NCBI GenBank assembly: GCA_027064425.1
Contig: JAMOPO010000027.1
Coordinates: 179,353 to 243,352, forward strand
Length of the DNA stretch: 64,000 nucleotides
Direction: 5' to 3'
Source of the DNA: Methanobacteriota archaeon
Lineage (GTDB): Archaea > JAADCQ01 > Methanopyri > Methanopyrales > Methanopyraceae
Shown here: positions 57,691 through 64,000 of the stretch, piece by piece
How the letters are laid out: each line of letters begins with the position of its first letter
Position numbering within the stretch: position 1 is the stretch's first letter
Position numbers and translations under genes: made by a program
Notes under the pieces: generated by a model
What the model was told of the DNA's origin: nothing
Databases searched by the model: none
The model's input: the letters and a program-made list of their open reading frames with translations, nothing else

Positions 57691-57768
57691 TGGAGCCGCG
57701 GCCGGGATTTGAACCCGGGGCCACGGGATTACAAGTCCCGCGCTCTAACCAGGCTGAGCTGCCGCGGC
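57691..57768 (-). tRNA. tRNA-Thr (TGT), encoded CCA, C at position 8
   Basis: GCCGCGG/CCGCGGC acceptor stem, CGGGA-CTTGTAA-TCCCG anticodon arm, GTTCAAATC, T-CCA end. Confidence 0.95.
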
Positions 57769-57806
57769 GCCTCCGGCGACTCCCGCCACCCGTGCGTACT
57801 TAATTG

Positions 57807-58241
57807 TTACGCCTCCTCCGACCCCTCCAGCTCGCGCAGGCGTCGGACCATCTTCACCGCCGCCTCGACGGCCCGCTTGGCGTAGTGCACGCGCTCCAGC
57901 GCCTCCATGCGCGTCATGCCCGGGCCGGAGATGCCCAGGGCGACGGGCTTCCCGTACTCGACCATGAGGTCCTGAATCTTCCTGAAGGCCTGCTGCGCGA
58001 TGGCCTGGTCGTGGTCCGTATCGCCCTTGATGATCGCGCCCAGCGTGACCACGGCGTCGATGTCGTCCCGCTCCAGCAGCCGCTTGACGGCGAGCGGGAC
58101 CTCGAACGCTCCCGGCACGAGCACGCGCTCCACGACCTTGGCCCCGAGGTCCTTCGCGTGCTGGACCGCGAGCTCCTCCATCGCGTACGTAATCTCCCGG
58201 TTGAACTCCGTGACCACGAGGCCCAGCCGGATCTCGGCCAT
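57807..58241 (-). CDS. ribH: 6,7-dimethyl-8-ribityllumazine synthase
   Basis: [28 protein letters not shown]. Confidence 0.95.
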   Translation of the reverse strand: MAEIRLGLVVTEFNREITYAMEELAVQHAKDLGAKVVERVLVPGAFEVPLAVKRLLERDDIDAVVTLGAIIKGDTDHDQAIAQQAFRKIQDLMVEYGKPVALGISGPGMTRMEALERVHYAKRAVEAAVKMVRRLRELEGSEEA

Positions 58242-58307
58242 ACCGGCGACCCCCCTGGCCGGAAGGGGCTCACGTCAAAAACCTCTGCGGTCCGAGGTTC
58301 CGGGGGG

Positions 58308-58991
58308 ATGCGCGTGGCGGAGGACGACGAGGTGTTCCGCCGCGCCCGGGAGCGGCTGATCGAGCGGTTGAAGTCGCTGGGTTACATCAGGTCGAAGCGC
58401 GTGGAGGAGGCGATGCGAAGGGTGCCCCGGCACGAGTTCGTGCCCGAGGACCTGCGGGACCGGGCCTACGTGGACTCGCCCCTGCCGATCGGTAAGGGTC
58501 AGACCATCTCGGCCCCGCACATGGTCGCCCTGATGACCGAGCTGCTCGACCCGCGGCCGGGCGACAAGGTGCTGGAGGTGGGTGCGGGCTCGGGGTACCA
58601 CGCGGCCGTGATCGCGGAGCTGGTGAAGCCGGACGGGAAGGTGATCACGGTGGAGCGGATCCCGGAGCTGGCGGAGTTCGCTCGAGAGAATCTAAGGCGG
58701 ACCGGGTACGACGAGTGGGTGGAGGTTAAGGTGGGGGACGGGTCGAAAGGGTACCCCGCGGAGGCGCCCTACGATCGGATCCTCGTGACGGCGGGCGCCC
58801 CGGACATTCCGCCCAGCCTGCTCGAGCAGCTGAAGCCGGGCGGCCGGCTCGTCATCCCGGTCGGGGACCGGCACATGCAGGAGCTGTGGTTGGTGAAGAA
58901 GACAGAGGATGGTAAGATCGAGAAGGAGCGGCACGGTGGGTGCGCGTTCGTCCCGCTGGTGGGCGAGGAGGGGTTCCCGGACCGGGGATGA
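58308..58991 (+). CDS. pcm: protein-L-isoaspartate O-methyltransferase
   Basis: [46 protein letters not shown]. Confidence 0.96.
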   Translation: MRVAEDDEVFRRARERLIERLKSLGYIRSKRVEEAMRRVPRHEFVPEDLRDRAYVDSPLPIGKGQTISAPHMVALMTELLDPRPGDKVLEVGAGSGYHAAVIAELVKPDGKVITVERIPELAEFARENLRRTGYDEWVEVKVGDGSKGYPAEAPYDRILVTAGAPDIPPSLLEQLKPGGRLVIPVGDRHMQELWLVKKTEDGKIEKERHGGCAFVPLVGEEGFPDRG

Positions 58992-59045
58992 CGAGACCGG
59001 CAGGAGCGGAGGGCAGATGATCGAGGACCCCGATAGGCCGACCCG
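58983..59045 (+). ncRNA. C/D box sRNA
   Basis: ATGACGA-gaccggcaggag-CGGA...ATGATCGA-ggaccccgatagg-CCGA with CCGGG/CCCGG terminal stem; the C box overlaps the pcm TGA. Confidence 0.7.
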
Positions 59046-59058
59046 GGGGTGAGAGCGA

Positions 59059-59760
59059 ATGAGCGAGGAGAACGAGGAGCCCGAGCGCGTGCTCAGCCGG
59101 TCCGAGGTGGCGAAGGACCCGCACCGGGCCGTGGGCGAGTACGTGGAGGCGGTGGTGGCCCAGATCAAGGGAGATCAGGGGATCCAGCTGGAGCTGGGCC
59201 TCCCGTTCGGCGTGTTCCTACCGGCCGGCGCCATCCGGGCCGCGCTGGACTGGCCCGAGCCGGTCGACCTGGAGATGCTCTTCATCCCGGGCGAGGAGAT
59301 CATCGTCCGGTTGGAGGAGCTGGACCTGAAGAACAAGGTGGCGAAGGTGTGGATCCCGAAGTTCGAGGTGGAGCGGTTGAAGGCGCGACTGGGCGAGAAG
59401 CCGCCGCGGCGCGTGATCGAGATCATGACGCGGGAGGAGTTCTTCGACCTGATCGTGGAGGGGCTGAAGACGGCGGAGATCCGGCCCTCGGACCACCGGT
59501 CGTTCAGGTACCTGGAGCCGGGTGACACGCTCGTGTTCAAGAACTTCAAGGCGGGGACGATGCGGTGCGTGGAGACGGTGGTGAAGAACGTGGAGAAGGG
59601 GCTGGACCCGGAGGAGGCCGCGGAGCGGTACTACGAGGAGGCGGGGTTCGAGAGCAAGGAGGAGTGCCTCGAGATGCTCGAGGAGATGTACGACGGGCTG
59701 CCCGAGAAGGTGGACGTGGCGGAGTTCGAACCGGTGCGTGAGTGGGAGGAGGAGCGATGA
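59059..59760 (+). CDS. S1-like + ASCH domain protein
   Basis: N-terminal OB/S1-like (GVFLP, GEEI.V....D) and C-terminal ASCH (FDLIVEG.KT.E.R, PGD.L.F). Confidence 0.65.
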   Translation: MSEENEEPERVLSRSEVAKDPHRAVGEYVEAVVAQIKGDQGIQLELGLPFGVFLPAGAIRAALDWPEPVDLEMLFIPGEEIIVRLEELDLKNKVAKVWIPKFEVERLKARLGEKPPRRVIEIMTREEFFDLIVEGLKTAEIRPSDHRSFRYLEPGDTLVFKNFKAGTMRCVETVVKNVEKGLDPEEAAERYYEEAGFESKEECLEMLEEMYDGLPEKVDVAEFEPVREWEEER

Positions 59761-60170
59761 AGCCGGAGGAGATTGCGGAGAAGATCGCGTCGGAGGTCTC
59801 GCCCCGGGTCGACTCGAACCTCGTGGACGAGATCTACGTGGCCGTGCGCCGGGGCAGGGAGGACGACCCGGATCCGGTGTCCGAGCTCGTCTCCCGGGGC
59901 GAGGACGTGTTCCTGGTGTACATCGGGCTGAAGGAGTCGGAGGAGAGCGGGGCCGATCGTACGATCGTGGACCCGCGGAACCTGGAGATGATGGCCATCG
60001 ACCTCATGGAGTGGGCGAAGGAGGAGTTCGAGGACGCGCACGTGCTCATTGGTGGAGTCTCGTTCGTGTGGAAGGGGAAGTCGTTCCGGAGCATGCTGAA
60101 GAACTACGACGAGGACCCGGACGACTTCGTCATCGTGAAGGAGGAGGCGTCGGGCGTACCGCCGCGCTAG
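59757..60170 (+). CDS. acidic hypothetical protein
   Basis: ATGA overlap with the upstream gene; host-like composition. Confidence 0.65.
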   Translation: MKPEEIAEKIASEVSPRVDSNLVDEIYVAVRRGREDDPDPVSELVSRGEDVFLVYIGLKESEESGADRTIVDPRNLEMMAIDLMEWAKEEFEDAHVLIGGVSFVWKGKSFRSMLKNYDEDPDDFVIVKEEASGVPPR

Positions 60171-60949
60171 AGCTCGTAGGCGCGCCCGTCCTTCGGGGCG
60201 ATCGTCTCCACGCCCGTCTCCCGCTCGATCCGGCGGGCCTCCCGGCCCGGGCCCACCCGGATCATCTTCATCCCGAAGTGCGTGATGAACACCCGCTCCA
60301 GCTCCGGCGCCTCCCGCACCAGCTCGATGACGTCGTGCGTGCAGAGGTGGCCGCGGATGCGGTCCGACCCGGGCCTGACCACGTTGATGATAGCCACCGT
60401 CGCGTCCTCGATGCAGTCGAACAGCTCGTCCGTCAACGCCGTGTCGCCCGTGTAGTAGATCACACCGTCATCGTACTCCAGCCGGAACCCGATGCCCGTC
60501 GGGTCGCCGTGGTCCGTGGGCGTCGCCTCGAGGTGCCCAGCCGGGAGCCGGACGACGTCACCGGGCGACAGGCTGACCACGCGCTTGGGTAGCTCCCGGT
60601 GGTACGCGCTGATGACGGGCCCGTAATCGCCCGACTCGTCCCGGTACCCCTCCACGGCCGACTCGGAGCCCAGGAACAGGCCCTTGGTCTTCGTCCCTCC
60701 CTGGGTCATCGCCTCGATGAGCACCTCGGCCTCGGTGTAGTGGTCCGGGTGCGAGTGGGAGACGAAGATCGCGTCAACGGCCGTGGTCGACCGGCCGGCG
60801 AGCCGGGTGCTGAGCAGGCAGCCTGGACCGGGATCGACCTGCATCCTGAGGTTGGGCAGCTCGATCCGGAACCCGCCGGTCCGGCGCTTCTGCGTGATCA
60901 TCGCGAACCTGCCGCCGCCGGTGCCGGCGAAGAAGATCGACGGCCCCGT
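60167..60949 (-). CDS. metallo-beta-lactamase fold hydrolase
   Basis: FAGTGGGRF..ITQ.R.TGG, DPGPG, SHSHPDH, YTGDT, H.GM; the conserved N-terminal motif lies upstream of the first ATG (60901), so the start is uncertain. Confidence 0.85.
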   Translation of the reverse strand, partial: TGPSIFFAGTGGGRFAMITQKRRTGGFRIELPNLRMQVDPGPGCLLSTRLAGRSTTAVDAIFVSHSHPDHYTEAEVLIEAMTQGGTKTKGLFLGSESAVEGYRDESGDYGPVISAYHRELPKRVVSLSPGDVVRLPAGHLEATPTDHGDPTGIGFRLEYDDGVIYYTGDTALTDELFDCIEDATVAIINVVRPGSDRIRGHLCTHDVIELVREAPELERVFITHFGMKMIRVGPGREARRIERETGVETIAPKDGRAYEL

Positions 60950-60957
60950 CCACCGGT

Positions 60958-61914
60958 CTAGTCCCTCTTCCGGCAGATTGAGTACCCCGTCGTGACCGGC
61001 ACGTCCTTTTCTGCTATCTTCATTTCCCCGTCCTCGACGATCACTCGATCGCCCGGCTCCACCTTGTCCGGGTCCTCCACGGCCATGACCACGGTGTCCC
61101 CGGGACCGGCCACGACGTCGCCCCAGTAGCGCGCCTCGACCCCCTCGGCCAGTCGGACCACGATCCGCCGCTCCGGCGGCTCCTCCTCGACGCCCTTCCC
61201 CTCCTCCTCGGTGCCGACCTCAACCACCTCGCCTACCTCGCCCTCCTCCAGCAGGTCGTAGGCCTCCCGCACGTGCTTGAGCATCTCCTCCGCCAGCTTG
61301 CGGCGGTAGCGGCGGAGCTCCTCGATGTCCTCCTTGATCGCGCTCTGCAGCCTGGCGCGGGACAGCGGGTCGGCCCTTCCATCCACCTCGTACACGTCGT
61401 ACTTCCGGCTCACCAGGATGGTCTCGGACGCGACGTGCTCGAAGAGGTCGTCGAGCGAGTCCCGTAGGGTCTCCAGGTCCGGTCGTCCCAGGTCCTCCAG
61501 GAACTCGGAGACGAGCTCCTTCACCACCTTGGGACCCTCCACGATGAGGACGGGGCCGCCGAACTTCTTCGACTTGACCTCGTCCCCCTCCAGCTCCACG
61601 AAGGCGTGAGCACCGGGCGTCACGTACACCCGACGCCGGCGCACGCCTCGGGCGGACCGGACGCCGACCTCGCCCGCGAGGACCTCATCGTTGACCTTCC
61701 ACACCTTCTTTCGGTCGTCGTGGAAGTCGACGTACCCGTCGATGCCCAGCTCCTCGACCAGCTCCTCGAACTCCTCGCGCGTGCGGACGTCCCCGGAGTA
61801 CAGCCTGCGCTCGAGCTCCTCCATCTTCTCCTCCTCGGCCCGGGCGACGAGTGTGCGGCGGTCCCCGGCGATGAGGGCCCCGTCGGTGCCGGCGTAGGCG
61901 AGAACGAGGGTCAA
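60958..61914 (-). CDS. DUF2121 / connectase family protein
   Basis: MTLVLAYAG..GA..AGDRR, LE..LYSG, GEV, RRR.Y.T, Ntn-like N-terminus, C-terminal OB-like extension. Confidence 0.8.
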   Translation of the reverse strand: MTLVLAYAGTDGALIAGDRRTLVARAEEEKMEELERRLYSGDVRTREEFEELVEELGIDGYVDFHDDRKKVWKVNDEVLAGEVGVRSARGVRRRRVYVTPGAHAFVELEGDEVKSKKFGGPVLIVEGPKVVKELVSEFLEDLGRPDLETLRDSLDDLFEHVASETILVSRKYDVYEVDGRADPLSRARLQSAIKEDIEELRRYRRKLAEEMLKHVREAYDLLEEGEVGEVVEVGTEEEGKGVEEEPPERRIVVRLAEGVEARYWGDVVAGPGDTVVMAVEDPDKVEPGDRVIVEDGEMKIAEKDVPVTTGYSICRKRD

Positions 61915-61929
61915 GGCGGGTCACCCCGG

Positions 61930-62982
61930 TCAGGCGTACCGGTAAATGCAGGCCTCCACGCGCTCCAGGTGCCGCTCCGCGGCCCGCTTGCACTCGCGCA
62001 TGACGCGGACGGGCGTGTAGCCCAGGTCGAGGGAGTGGTAGTGGGGGACGTGCTGGAGCAGCTTCAGCGGTATACTTTCGTTGACGGAAGCTAAGAACTC
62101 TGCGATCTTCTCCACCTCCTCCGGCGTCACGTACCCGGGCACGATCAGCACGCTCGGTCGCAGGATGGGGGGATCCTCCCGGTAGAACTCCTCGCCGATC
62201 AGCTCCAGGTTCTTGAACGTGTTCTCCGGGTCCGAGCCGGTGAGGGCGTAGTAAACGCGCGGGTCGTACGCCTTCACGTCCATGTTGAACCCGCCGCCGG
62301 ACTCGTAGCAGATCTCCGCGATCCTCCGCATGATCCTCGGGTCCAGGCTGCCGTTGGTCTCCAGGCAGACCCGGACGCTCAGCTCCTCCCACTCCTCCCC
62401 GACCTCCAGGACCTGGTCGTAGTGCGGCGTGGGGTCGCCGCCGAAGAAGCAGACGCAGGTCACGTCCTCGTCACGCGCCCGGCGCGCGAGCCGGTCGGCC
62501 TCGAGTCGCTCCTCCTCCACCCAGTGCTCGTGGTTCTGGCAGAAGAAGCAGTGGTGGCTGCACCCGGCGTAGAAGACGGCGAGGTTGTACCGGCCGCGCT
62601 CGGGCCCCTTGGTGTCGGTGTACTTGGGGTAGCCGGCGGACGTGGCGCCCGGGCAGACCCAGGCCCCCACGCAGTTCGTCGGGTGCGGGTCCAGGTAGGC
62701 CCGGCCGCGGTGCTCTCGGACGAGCTGGCCGTCCTTGTTGACGACGACCCCGCAGAAGCCGCGCTCGCCCTCGGGGATGCGGCAGTCGTTCACGCAGACG
62801 CCGCAGCGCTTGCCCTCCCGCGGCGGTTCCGGTGGGAGTCCCAGCTCTCGGCGGGCCCGGGCGTGGGCCTCGCGCACGTGCTTCTCGGCCTCGTCCCAGC
62901 GGTTCAGGATGCAGTCGCGGCAGACGCCCAGGAAGCTCGAGGCGGGGGCGCCGCAGAGGGCGCACTCGCCCTCACTCCTCAT
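61930..62982 (-). CDS. radical SAM protein (PFL-activating-enzyme-like)
   Basis: CxxC clusters, DPHPTNC, GCSHHCFFCQN, FFGGDP, ETNG, IVPGY. Confidence 0.85.
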   Translation of the reverse strand: MRSEGECALCGAPASSFLGVCRDCILNRWDEAEKHVREAHARARRELGLPPEPPREGKRCGVCVNDCRIPEGERGFCGVVVNKDGQLVREHRGRAYLDPHPTNCVGAWVCPGATSAGYPKYTDTKGPERGRYNLAVFYAGCSHHCFFCQNHEHWVEEERLEADRLARRARDEDVTCVCFFGGDPTPHYDQVLEVGEEWEELSVRVCLETNGSLDPRIMRRIAEICYESGGGFNMDVKAYDPRVYYALTGSDPENTFKNLELIGEEFYREDPPILRPSVLIVPGYVTPEEVEKIAEFLASVNESIPLKLLQHVPHYHSLDLGYTPVRVMRECKRAAERHLERVEACIYRYA

Positions 62983-63229
62983 CGGAGAGCACGTGCCCCA
63001 CGAGCTTGACGTCGACCTCACGGTCGGGGAACTTGGACTCGAGCACCCGCTTCACGTCCTCCACGATGAACATCGCGGAGGGGCAGAACGGGTTCGTGGG
63101 GCGGATGGTGACGCGGATCTCGTCCTCGCTCACCTCGACGTCCTCGACCAGGCCCATCTGGACGATGTCGAGTCCGGTGTGAGGGTCCTTCACCTCGCGG
63201 AGCTCCTCGAGCACGTCCTCCTTCCTCAT
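62972..63229 (-). CDS. DUF59/SufT metal-sulfur cluster assembly protein
   Basis: L..V.DP..G.DIV..GLV, PT.PFCP. Confidence 0.88.
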   Translation of the reverse strand: MRKEDVLEELREVKDPHTGLDIVQMGLVEDVEVSEDEIRVTIRPTNPFCPSAMFIVEDVKRVLESKFPDREVDVKLVGHVLSDEE

Positions 63230-63681
63230 TCCCTCGCTCCCCGCTCGAACCTTCTTAGGACGGTGCGGGCGAACTCTTGGGCGCGGCGCAGGTCGCGCTC
63301 GTTGGGTCGGCCGCGGGCGAGCACGGGGATGAAGGAGTGCTCTCCCTTTATTCTCAGCTCTCCGATGACCTCGCCCCCGCGGGCCTCGATCCGCTCGCGC
63401 ATCCAGCGGAGGGTCCGCCCCGGGTGGAGGGAGTACGTGCAGAAGAGGCCGACGCGGACGCCGGCCCAGTCGTTGTTCTCGACGAACGAGCGCACGGGGC
63501 CGGCGGGGCGGAAGCCGTGGGTCGGGGTGCCCACGAAGGCCAGGTCGGCGTCGACCCGCTCGCTCCCGGTGAGGATCTCGACTAGGTCGGCGTTCAGCGC
63601 GGAGGCGATGGCCCGGGCCACGGCCTCGGTGTTGCCTGTTTCCGAGAAATAGTAGACGATGATGGACCGGATGACGACCAC
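63226..63681 (-). CDS. flavodoxin family protein
   Basis: YFSETGNT..VA, GTPT, LFCT, GRP...DL.RA..FA. Confidence 0.88.
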   Translation of the reverse strand: MVVIRSIIVYYFSETGNTEAVARAIASALNADLVEILTGSERVDADLAFVGTPTHGFRPAGPVRSFVENNDWAGVRVGLFCTYSLHPGRTLRWMRERIEARGGEVIGELRIKGEHSFIPVLARGRPNERDLRRAQEFARTVLRRFERGARE

Positions 63682-63694
63682 CGCCTTGAGACTC

Positions 63695-64000
63695 CTAGGA
63701 CAGCACGTCCACGGCCTCCTTCAGCCGCAGGTACAGCCGCTGGATCTCCTCCTGGTACTCCGCCCGACCCAGCGCGACGGCGTCCATGCGCTCCTCCAGG
63801 TCTCGCGTCGTCTCCTCCGAGACGAACTCCTCGTACCGCGAGCTCAGGTACTCGTACACGGCCTCGCCGCGCGAGGTCGGGAAGATCCACCGGCGGCGCG
63901 GGGTCTCGTACACGTAGCCCCGGCGGAACAGCTTCTCCACGATCTGCGCGTAGGTGCTGGGCCGGCCCAGGCCGCGCTCCCGCATGTCCTCCACGAGCTC
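63695..64000 (-). CDS. rgy: reverse gyrase, C-terminal topoisomerase IA part (5' partial)
   Basis: M.ERGLGRPSTYA.IVEKL..RGYV, PT.RG..VY.YL, VSEE.TR.LE..MD. Confidence 0.85.
   Translation of the reverse strand, partial: ELVEDMRERGLGRPSTYAQIVEKLFRRGYVYETPRRRWIFPTSRGEAVYEYLSSRYEEFVSEETTRDLEERMDAVALGRAEYQEEIQRLYLRLKEAVDVLS

Noticed and set aside
57644-57724. N-terminal extension of hemL from the ORF track
   Set aside because: Overlaps tRNA-Thr and the palindromic element; TTG 57643 gives a normal HemL N-terminus.
1-64000. Numerous long antisense or off-frame ORFs (e.g. 23019-24440, 41450-42808, 53157-54632, 56417-57712)
   Set aside because: Shadow ORFs of GC-rich genes; they overlap well-supported CDS and lack motifs.
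1-64000. CRISPR array, IS element, integrase or att duplication at the tRNAs
   Set aside because: No regularly spaced repeats, transposase/integrase motifs or duplicated tRNA 3' ends seen.

Overview
GC-rich, very gene-dense core-genome segment of a hyperthermophilic methanogenic archaeon, most likely Methanopyrus. Evidence for this: ftr, ycaO, a Sec-containing hdrA, a reverse gyrase C-terminus, Glu-rich proteins, many GTG/TTG starts and C8-encoding tRNA genes. It carries about 70 CDS, including glyA, serB, aroE, ftr, ycaO, mfnD/mfnF, hel308, lysC, thiC, asnB, hjc, tmk, nadX, tuf, rps10, hdrA, rpl10e, ppsA, ef1b, cgi121, pheS, cimA, hemL, ribH, pcm and connectase. It also has two tRNAs (iMet-CAT, Thr-TGT), at least six C/D-box sRNA candidates, two H/ACA-like candidates and an archaeal SECIS. 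I saw no CRISPR array or mobile element. The most notable unexplained signal is an AT-rich palindrome with fixed spacing, WWWCGTTW-N9-TAACGWTY. It occurs five times, each directly 3' of a presumably highly expressed unit (two tRNAs, tuf-rps10, hdrA, ef1b), suggesting a protein-bound terminator or insulator. Also notable: hdrA with two in-frame UGA (Sec) codons and one SECIS, a membrane-anchored GGDD palm/cyclase-like protein, and a stand-alone Pnkp-like ligase. All calls come from reading motifs by eye; no database searches were run.
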